This document shows positions 49,039-56,709 of a DNA stretch of 64,000 bases, piece after piece. The translations under genes were made by a program, and so were the position numbers. Position 1 is the stretch's first letter. Each line of letters starts with the position of its first letter. The notes beneath the pieces are model-generated. The model did no database searches. It had not been told where the DNA came from and worked only from the letters and a program-made list of their open reading frames with translations. The stretch is from Myxococcota bacterium (lineage in GTDB: Bacteria > Myxococcota_A > Polyangia > Nannocystales > Nannocystaceae): NCBI GenBank assembly GCA_039028615.1, contig JBCCHT010000024.1, positions 128,001 through 192,000 of the forward strand. Direction: 5' to 3'.

Positions 49039-49818
49039 CTAGATCGACAGAGAGTCGAAGGCGCGAGGCTCCGACAGCGGCGTGACTTCGTAGAGCACGT
49101 ACTCGCCGAGCGTGCGGCGGAAGATCTGGTAGCCGCTGTCGAGCGGGAGCTCGGGCTTGGGGTCCGCCCACGGCGGCTCGATGCACACGATGACGTCGGG
49201 TCCGCTTGGAGCCAGGCGCACGACCATGAGCCGCTGGGCGGGCAGGTCGTGGTCTGAACAGTTCAGCGAGGTCGACCCGCCACACTCCCAGACCACCTGG
49301 GCCTCGGGCTGGGGCGACCACACGGGGGCGCCTTCGTGGGTGGAGCAGTTCGGGGGCGGAGGCACCACGCTCTGGCAGTCCCCGAGATCGTAGTCGGGGC
49401 CGGGGTAGTGGGCCGTGCTCAAGAAGCGAGTGAGCTGGGCGCCCGCGACTTGGTGCGAGGTGGGTGGCGGGTCCGGGGCGCGGGCGATCACCTCGGCTCC
49501 CGAGTCCGGCGTGGGGGAGGCCGTGCCCGGGTCGACGCCATCGGGGCGAGCCCAGAGCAAGACCAGCGCGGCTGCAGCCGCGACCACGCCGACCCAAACG
49601 AGCGAGCCGAGGGCGCCCGATCGCGGCTCGGCACTCGGGTCGGTGGTGGGCGGCAGCCGAATGACATCGTCGACGTCTTCGGTCTCGACGTCTTCGGTGG
49701 CGTCCGTCGGTCGTGCCGCTGCGGCGGCCTCGATGCGCTCGTGCAGAGCATCGAGGTTAGGGACCTCGAACTGTCGGCGCAGCGAGGCGTCGATGGCATC
49801 CCGGTCGTGCTCGGTCAT
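49039..49818 (-). CDS. Single-pass membrane protein, putative anti-sigma factor
   Basis: ATGA-coupled to the upstream ECF. IDASLR N-terminus, TM segment VWVGVVAAAAALVLLW and Cys-containing C-terminal domain. Confidence 0.75.
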   Translation of the reverse strand: MTEHDRDAIDASLRRQFEVPNLDALHERIEAAAAARPTDATEDVETEDVDDVIRLPPTTDPSAEPRSGALGSLVWVGVVAAAAALVLLWARPDGVDPGTASPTPDSGAEVIARAPDPPPTSHQVAGAQLTRFLSTAHYPGPDYDLGDCQSVVPPPPNCSTHEGAPVWSPQPEAQVVWECGGSTSLNCSDHDLPAQRLMVVRLAPSGPDVIVCIEPPWADPKPELPLDSGYQIFRRTLGEYVLYEVTPLSEPRAFDSLSI

Positions 49819-50375
49819 GGGGCCCTCCTGGCTCGTAGCACGGGCGGAGCGTCGGGCTCGGGCAGCAGCTCGCGCATCTTGGCCCGGGCGCGCGAGACGT
49901 GGCTCATCGCGGTCCCGGGGGGAATCTCGAGCAGCGTCGAGATCTCGGCGTAGTCGAACTCGACGACCGTCTTGAGCAGCAGGCAGGTGCGCGCCGTCTC
50001 TCCCAGGGTGTCGAGGGCCCGCTGGACCCCGGCATCGAAGACGGCGGTGCTCGAGGGCGGCGTGCTCCCGCCGTCGGCCATGCCTCGGGCTTGCTCGTGC
50101 AGGGCCCGCGCCCGTCGGGCGTGCTTGCGGCGGTGGTTGAGCGCCACGAATCGCACGAACTGACTCATCCACGCCTCGAAGTTGGTGCCGGGCTCGAAGG
50201 TGCTCAGCTTGTCGAGGGCGGTCAACGCTGCTTCCTGGAGGACATCTTCGGCGTGGGTCCGATCGCCCAGCACGCCCGCGGCAATGCACCACAAGACCCG
50301 CGAAGATTCGCGAAATCTCGCGGCGAACGCCGCTGGCGTCAACGCCCGGGGCGATCTCGGGTCGGGGTGGGGCAT
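49815..50375 (-). CDS. ECF RNA polymerase sigma factor
   Basis: HAEDVLQEA...FEPGTNFEAWM and DYAEISTLLEIPPGTAMSHVSRARAKMR. Confidence 0.92.
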   Translation of the reverse strand: MPHPDPRSPRALTPAAFAARFRESSRVLWCIAAGVLGDRTHAEDVLQEAALTALDKLSTFEPGTNFEAWMSQFVRFVALNHRRKHARRARALHEQARGMADGGSTPPSSTAVFDAGVQRALDTLGETARTCLLLKTVVEFDYAEISTLLEIPPGTAMSHVSRARAKMRELLPEPDAPPVLRARRAP

Positions 50376-50460
50376 CGGTGGAGCTTCGGCCTCAGTCCCA
50401 TGTCGCGAGGCCCCCAGAGCCTTGCACACAAAATCGAAAAAAGTGCTCGGGCGGACCGCG

Positions 50461-53400
50461 TCATCGCGCGCGGCGCTCGGCCAGCCAGCGCTGCACCGCC
50501 ACCAGGTCGCGCTGATTGTCCGCTCCGTGCTCGGCAAACGCCTCCCGGGCCCTTCGCGCGAGCTCGACAGCGGCCGCCCGATCGCCACCGTCGGACCACT
50601 GCGCTCGAGCCAGCACGAAGCGGGCCTCCGCGAGCTGCCGCGGGGTCATCGAGTTCTCTTGGGCGATCGCGACCGCGCGTTGTGCGTGCTCCCGGGCGGC
50701 GTGCGGGGTGTTGCCGGCGAGCGAGGCGTTGGCCAGGGCGACCAGGGTGATGACCAAACGCGGGCTCTGCTCGCCGAGGGCTCGCTCCTTGATCGCCAGC
50801 GCCTCGCGCAGCACCGGTTCGGCCTCGTCGTGGCGCGCCTGGTCGATGAGGGACTGGCCGACATTGGTCAAGCTGGAGCCGACGTCGGCATGGTCGTCGC
50901 CCAGGGCCCGTCGTCGGACGTCCACCGCCTGCCGATGGAGTCGCTCCGCTTCGGCGTGGTCACCCGAGTTTCCGTGCACGAAGGCCAACCCGGTGAGGCT
51001 CTCGGCGAAGCGGGGGTGCTCCTCGCCGAGTGCAGCGCGGCGGATCTCGAGCGCGCGTCGGTAGTGGGTCGCCGCTTCTTCGAGCTGTCCTCGAGCGGTG
51101 AGGGCATTGCCGAGGTTGTTCGCGCTCGTGGCGACGTCGGGGTGCTCAGGTCCCAGCTTGGCCTCGCGCACCCGCAGCGCATGTCGCATGTGGCGCTCGG
51201 CTGCCTCGTAGCGTCCTTGGTCGAACAACGCCACGCCGAGGTTGTTCGCACTCATCGCCGCGTTGACGTGGTCGGGCCCCATCTCGGCCTCGAACGCCTC
51301 GAGCGCGCGACGGTGTTGGGCCTCCGCCCCGGCATAGTCCCCCCGCTGGTACAGCACGTTGCCCAGGTTATTGAGGGTCAAGGCGACATGAAGGTGGTCG
51401 GGGCCGAGCTTGCGTTCGAAGGTCTCGAGCGCGCGCCGATATTGCTCCTCGGACTCGTCGTACTGCCCCTGTCGCTCCAGCGCCGCGCCCAAGCTCATCT
51501 GGCTGACGGCCACCGCGGGGTGGTCCGCTCCCAGGGCGCCTTCGAGGATCTGCTGGGCCTCTCTATAAAAGGACTCGGCCTTGGCGAACTCGCCCTGGCG
51601 ATTGAGGTCGTGCCCCAGGTTGTGCAGGGTCCGTCCCGTGCTCGGGTGCCCGACCGCCTGGGTGCGTCGCCGGATCTCCAGCACTCGTCGATGGATGCGC
51701 TCGGCCTCCTCGTGCTGCCCCTGGTTGGACAGCACGACGCCGAGTGAATCGAGGGTCTGGGGCAGCAGGGTCTCCGCCTCGGGATCGCTCTCCTCGATGG
51801 CGAGTGCCTGGCGGAGTGCCTCGGCGGCCTCGTCGAAGCGACGCTCCTTGCTCAGCACGGTGCCCCGGCGGTCCAAGCAGGCGGCGACCTGTCTGGGGTC
51901 ACCGCTGCGTCGCGCCAGGGGCAGGGCGGTCTCCAGCCACTGCAGACCTTCGGCGTAGCGGGCCTGACGTTCGCCGACCACGAACGCCAACGAGCGGCTC
52001 GCCTCGAGCACGATCTCGTCGTGGCCCAGGCTCAGGGCCAGGGCATGCGCTCGCTGAAGCTCCTGCTCCGCCTCGGCGAATTGCCCTTCGTTTTCGTGCA
52101 AGCGCCCGAGCCTCAGCCTCGCTTCGGCCTCGAGAGGCGCGTAGCCCAGTGTCTGAGCCTGCGCGATCACCTGCTCGGCCTCGGTCTTGGCGACGGCGAA
52201 GAGCGCTGCGTTGCGCTTGGCGTCGACCGCTCGCAGGGCCTGGCGCAACGATTCGACCTCGAGGGCGATGGTCGGGTCTTCGGGCGGAGGCACTCGTTGG
52301 CGTCGCTCGGCCAGGCGCTCCACGTCGTCGCAGATGGCCAAGCGAGGCAAGTCGGCGGTGAGGTCCACCGCCTTGTCCATCATCGAATCATCCGCTTGCG
52401 CGAGCACGTCCACCACCGCGCCGAGGGACGACCTGCGCTCGTCCAGGCAGTGCATGCGCAGGTCGAGGGCCTCGTCGCCCTGCGTGTGCTCGACGGCCGT
52501 CGCTTCGCAGACCTCCGTGTGTTTGCGGGCCCAGTCGTCGGCATAGCGATCGAGGTTGGATTCGACGCGCTCCCAGGTGCTGACGGCATAGGGGACGGCC
52601 GCGCCCGTGAGGGTGGACGCGAGCTGCTGGCGGCGCCCGTCGTCCCAGACGTCTGCGAGGCGGCCGCGAGCGTTCGCGCATGGATTGCGCGGGGGCTCGG
52701 TGCCGCGGACCCAAAGCCCCACGCCGAGCGCCATGGCCCCGATGCCGACCACGACGGCAGGCCAACGTCTCGAGCGGGGAGCGACGAGGGACTCCAACGG
52801 CTCGAGCACGGCGTGCATCGAGGACCAGCGCGCCGAGGGGTCCCGGGCCAGTCCGCGCGAGAGGATGGGCAGCAGGGCGGACGGAGCGGTGGTCGACGGA
52901 GGGGACAGACGCTCGCCGGCCCCGAGCCGGGGCTGCTGGCCGTACACCGCCTCATACAGGCAGGCGCAGAAACTGTATTGATCGCTGGCCTCGTCTGCGG
53001 CTCGACCCTCGAGCTGCTCGGGGGAGGCGTAGGGCCCCGCCGCGGCGAGCCCGGAGCTCGTAGTCTCGAGGGGATCGTCGCCGTCTTCTTCGGTCGGAGC
53101 CCCCGGGATCGAGTCGACGGTCCGTGCCTCTCCGAAGCCGAGCACGACCACCCGACCGTCATCGTCGCGGACGGCGTGGGCGGGCTGGAAGTCTCCGTGC
53201 ACCAGCCCAACCTCGTGGGCCGCGGCGAGCCCTCGTCCCGCCTGGAGGTAGGCCTCGATGCGGGCTCGCCAATCGGGCGTGCCCGTGGTCACCCACTCGG
53301 CCAGCGGTCGTCCACGGACGCGCGGCATGGCGACATAGGTTCGGCCCTCCGCCTGGCCTACCTCCAGCACTGGCACGACGTTCGGGTGGTCGATCTTGGC

Positions 53401-53610
53401 GAGGGCCTGGGCATTCTGTCGCAGCCGTCGTGCCTGCTCCGGTGGGAGGTCGGCATGCAGCCACTCGAGCATCACCGGCCGATCGAGCGTCTCGTCGCGC
53501 CCCTCCAGCAGCGTGCCGGTCGGGCCGCGGCCTCGCTCGCCCTCGACGAGATGGGAGCCGAGGTATTGCGAGCGGGATTCGTCGTTCGCTGCGGGGTTGC
53601 CCGAGGCCAT
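50461..53610 (-). CDS. Pseudokinase-TM-TPR protein (catalytically degenerate Ser/Thr kinase paralog)
   Basis: Kinase fold recognisable ([26 protein letters not shown]) but VAIK is replaced by VMLE, HRDxKPxN by HGDFQPAH and DFG by GFG. Long TPR array intact. Confidence 0.9.
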   Translation of the reverse strand: MASGNPAANDESRSQYLGSHLVEGERGRGPTGTLLEGRDETLDRPVMLEWLHADLPPEQARRLRQNAQALAKIDHPNVVPVLEVGQAEGRTYVAMPRVRGRPLAEWVTTGTPDWRARIEAYLQAGRGLAAAHEVGLVHGDFQPAHAVRDDDGRVVVLGFGEARTVDSIPGAPTEEDGDDPLETTSSGLAAAGPYASPEQLEGRAADEASDQYSFCACLYEAVYGQQPRLGAGERLSPPSTTAPSALLPILSRGLARDPSARWSSMHAVLEPLESLVAPRSRRWPAVVVGIGAMALGVGLWVRGTEPPRNPCANARGRLADVWDDGRRQQLASTLTGAAVPYAVSTWERVESNLDRYADDWARKHTEVCEATAVEHTQGDEALDLRMHCLDERRSSLGAVVDVLAQADDSMMDKAVDLTADLPRLAICDDVERLAERRQRVPPPEDPTIALEVESLRQALRAVDAKRNAALFAVAKTEAEQVIAQAQTLGYAPLEAEARLRLGRLHENEGQFAEAEQELQRAHALALSLGHDEIVLEASRSLAFVVGERQARYAEGLQWLETALPLARRSGDPRQVAACLDRRGTVLSKERRFDEAAEALRQALAIEESDPEAETLLPQTLDSLGVVLSNQGQHEEAERIHRRVLEIRRRTQAVGHPSTGRTLHNLGHDLNRQGEFAKAESFYREAQQILEGALGADHPAVAVSQMSLGAALERQGQYDESEEQYRRALETFERKLGPDHLHVALTLNNLGNVLYQRGDYAGAEAQHRRALEAFEAEMGPDHVNAAMSANNLGVALFDQGRYEAAERHMRHALRVREAKLGPEHPDVATSANNLGNALTARGQLEEAATHYRRALEIRRAALGEEHPRFAESLTGLAFVHGNSGDHAEAERLHRQAVDVRRRALGDDHADVGSSLTNVGQSLIDQARHDEAEPVLREALAIKERALGEQSPRLVITLVALANASLAGNTPHAAREHAQRAVAIAQENSMTPRQLAEARFVLARAQWSDGGDRAAAVELARRAREAFAEHGADNQRDLVAVQRWLAERRAR

Positions 53611-53766
53611 GGTGGCTGCGTCGGCGCCCGTCCCGGACGCGTGCCCCAGACTACGCTGTTTTGCCCGAGCCGGTTGCGCCGAGCATCGTGAGTCACCGGT
53701 CGGAAAAAATCGCTCGCGGAATTTCCGGCCGTCATCGCGCGGGAGGCCATCGTCAATGGGCTGCCG

Positions 53767-56694
53767 ATGAGACACCTGTGGCTGTCGTTCGTTTTCGTGA
53801 TCCCGGCGCTCGCTGCGATCACGCCTCGTGTCGCCCATGCGTCGCCAGCCGTGAACTGCACGGCCACGGGGACCTGGAGCAGCGCCTTCGGTTCGCTTCC
53901 CGTGGGCGTGCCCGCCCCCGACTTCTTCGGAGGGGCCGACGCGTGCGTGCAGATCGAGTCTGACGTTTGTGTTGGCTTCGATGCGACCACCGACATCCAC
54001 CTCGACAGCGTGCGGGTCGAGGGCGCGCTCGTATTCGTCGACGGAGCGGAGCGCACGCTCGATGCCCACAAGGTCGTGGTCCCGCCCAGCGGCGCCTTCG
54101 TGGTGGGGACGCCGACCGACCGGTTCATGAGCGAAGCCAACATCGACCTGACCACGGGGACGGCGTGCAACGACTCCGGCGCGGGGGTGTACACGATCGC
54201 CGACGATGGCTCCGGGGGCCTGACGGTCAGCTGGAGCGACCCGGCCGACGTCTCCACGTTTCACCCCGATGACCACATGACGGGGGATGCGGAGCCCAAC
54301 GCGTCGCTGCTGGTCATGGGGGGCGAACTACAGCTGCACGGGCGCCCCCGCACGACGACCTGGACGACGCTGTCGTCCACCGTCTCCGCGGGCGTGAACG
54401 TCTTCGACGCCGTCGAGGCCGATGATTGGGATTTCATGGATGAGATCGTGCTGGCTTCGACCGACTTCGACCCGAGGGAGGTGGATCGCGTTCGGATCCA
54501 GACGGTCTCGGCCACCCCCGGGGACGACACCGTCACCGTGTTTGGCGGCGGGCTGAAGGAGCACTTCGTGGGGCAGGTCGGCTCGTCGGTGGGCGGGCTT
54601 CCCGATGTCTACGAAACCGGCGAGGTCGCGCTGCTCTCTCACAACATCAAGGTCTCCAACCCGGACTGGGCGACGTCGCCCGCCGTGTGGGCGGCCTGCA
54701 GTGACGACTTTCCCGCGTTCGGAGCGGAGATCAAGGCCACCCGTCACATGGGCCATGCTCCGACGGTCCAGCTCGAGAACATCGAGGTCTTCAACGCGGG
54801 AAAATTCGGGCAGATGGGGCACTACCCCATTCACTTCCATCACGCGGGGGAGGTGGCGAACTCCTATGTGCGGGGGGTGAGTGTGCACGACTCGTCGAAC
54901 CGGGCCATCGTGCTGCACGGGGCCCAGCGGGCGACGCTCGAGGACAACGTGGTCAGCGACATCGCCGGGCATGCCTACTACCTCGAGGCCAGCGATACCT
55001 CGGACACCAAGCACAACACGCTGACCGAGAACATCGGGATGAGCGTCCGTGACTGCAATCCCTTGGACCACCTCGCGCTCGACTCGAGCGGGGCGGCGGT
55101 GTTCTATTTCGAGGACCATCGCAACAGCTTCGTCGGCAACGTCGCGGCGGGCTCCGAGTTCGCCGGCTTCTATGACGCACAAGCGGGCAACATGGAATCG
55201 GTCGAGGATGGCACCCCGCTGGACCGCTTCTTCATGTGCGCCGACGATGCCGTCGACTACTCGGCCGCGACCCCCGGCCTGGAACTCGACACTGGGGCCT
55301 TTTCCTACGCCAATACTTGGTACGGCGACACCCAGTACGAGACCTGGGGTTATGCCGCGCCGGGGGAGTCCGTGAACTGTGAAGGCGCGTTCGTCGACAA
55401 CGTGGTCCACTCCACCCAAAACGGCTACTACGCCGACGTCCACCGTCGGACCTTCCTGCGCATCTTGGGGCTCACCGCGTGGAAGAACTCGCGGCGTGCG
55501 ACGATGATCAAGAACAAGGGCGCCACCGAGATGGTCGAGCTGATGGCCGCGGACAACGGCTCCGCGGTGTGGCCGGCCTCCCATGCGTACCACCAGTGGT
55601 ATGCGCCCTCCTATCTGCTGGTGGCGTCCCACATCATCGGGCGCTCGCTCAACACGGGGGCGACGGTGTTTCCCAACGGCGACCCTACCTACGACCTGTA
55701 TGGGGTCGAGGTCTACGAAGGGCGGGTCCACGTGGCGGACACGCACTTCGAGTCGTTCGAGCCCGAGGTGGGCCTCCGCAACATCGCCGCGTTCGGGCGT
55801 CATCGGTCGTTTCCGTTCTATACGAACAACGTCGACAACTCGGTCCGCAACGTCAGCTTCGACGGCGACAGCCAGCGACTATTCTTCGAGGACCCCGACC
55901 TCCGCGAGAACGGGGAGGGGGTCAGCCATGCCGCTGGCTATGCCTCGGTGATGCTCGTGGATACGGACGGGAGCCTCTCGCCCTTGGAGGTGCCGTCCAT
56001 CATCACGGCCGCCCATGACTTCATCGTTCCGGGGACCACCGCCGCCCCGGTCGGGTCGCCCACGGAGCCCGCGGGGTGGAACGCCTTCGTCTGGAGTGCG
56101 TTGGACCTTCGCTATGGCCAGGTCATCTTGCGCTGGTGCGATACCTTGTTGCCCATCGGCTGCAACGCGTACATCGACGGCTCCCTGGAGCCTTCCGACG
56201 ACTGGACGCAGGTCGATCAGGGCTCTGGCGTGTTCGGGTTCGTGGCCGGGATGCAGATCGAGGACCTCTCGGAGGGGCACATGGTCACGTCGGATCACGC
56301 CCCGCAGGGCCTGCACACGCGGCTGGGCGCAAACCTGCTCGTCGGGCGGGACTACGAGCTTTCGCTGTGGGCCGACGATACCCCCACGCTGCTCGACGAA
56401 ACGACGGGAGCGCTCCGCGACATCGAAGCCATGGAGGTTCACTATCGTTTTGCTCCCTCGAGTGATGCGATCACGCTGAGCATCCCCGTCCATCGGCCGC
56501 CCACGCAGATCGGCGTGATCTACGGTGACGACGCCTCCGTCCTGCCCACGCCTTCGTCCCCGAGCTGGCCGCCCTCGACCACCGAGGAGTGGGCCTTCGA
56601 GAACACGGCCGACGATCGTCGAGTTCACCTGTACCTCCAGCCCGCGGTCGATCAGGAGACGGTGGTGGTGCTCATGGGCTTCGGCGACCAGTAG
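53767..56694 (+). CDS. Secreted G8-domain / beta-helix protein (TMEM2/CEMIP/PKHD1-like)
   Basis: Signal peptide (AHA-S), GELQLHG...TWTTL, IVLASTDF, EVALLSHNIKV, GQMGHYPIHFH, SVHDSSNRAIVLHG, GHAYYLE and NSFVGNVAAGS motifs. Confidence 0.85.
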   Translation: MRHLWLSFVFVIPALAAITPRVAHASPAVNCTATGTWSSAFGSLPVGVPAPDFFGGADACVQIESDVCVGFDATTDIHLDSVRVEGALVFVDGAERTLDAHKVVVPPSGAFVVGTPTDRFMSEANIDLTTGTACNDSGAGVYTIADDGSGGLTVSWSDPADVSTFHPDDHMTGDAEPNASLLVMGGELQLHGRPRTTTWTTLSSTVSAGVNVFDAVEADDWDFMDEIVLASTDFDPREVDRVRIQTVSATPGDDTVTVFGGGLKEHFVGQVGSSVGGLPDVYETGEVALLSHNIKVSNPDWATSPAVWAACSDDFPAFGAEIKATRHMGHAPTVQLENIEVFNAGKFGQMGHYPIHFHHAGEVANSYVRGVSVHDSSNRAIVLHGAQRATLEDNVVSDIAGHAYYLEASDTSDTKHNTLTENIGMSVRDCNPLDHLALDSSGAAVFYFEDHRNSFVGNVAAGSEFAGFYDAQAGNMESVEDGTPLDRFFMCADDAVDYSAATPGLELDTGAFSYANTWYGDTQYETWGYAAPGESVNCEGAFVDNVVHSTQNGYYADVHRRTFLRILGLTAWKNSRRATMIKNKGATEMVELMAADNGSAVWPASHAYHQWYAPSYLLVASHIIGRSLNTGATVFPNGDPTYDLYGVEVYEGRVHVADTHFESFEPEVGLRNIAAFGRHRSFPFYTNNVDNSVRNVSFDGDSQRLFFEDPDLRENGEGVSHAAGYASVMLVDTDGSLSPLEVPSIITAAHDFIVPGTTAAPVGSPTEPAGWNAFVWSALDLRYGQVILRWCDTLLPIGCNAYIDGSLEPSDDWTQVDQGSGVFGFVAGMQIEDLSEGHMVTSDHAPQGLHTRLGANLLVGRDYELSLWADDTPTLLDETTGALRDIEAMEVHYRFAPSSDAITLSIPVHRPPTQIGVIYGDDASVLPTPSSPSWPPSTTEEWAFENTADDRRVHLYLQPAVDQETVVVLMGFGDQ

Positions 56695-56709
56695 GCCGAC
56701 CCACGGGAT

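Noticed and set aside
49001..49597. N-terminal 199 aa of the 685-aa radical SAM ORF
   Set aside because: Arg/Pro-rich off-frame read-through of the anti-sigma gene, so not a real fusion.
53611..54276. N-terminal extension of the 1271-aa ORF overlapping the G8 gene
   Set aside because: It is antisense to the G8 gene start. Kinase-like sequence begins only after ATG 53610.
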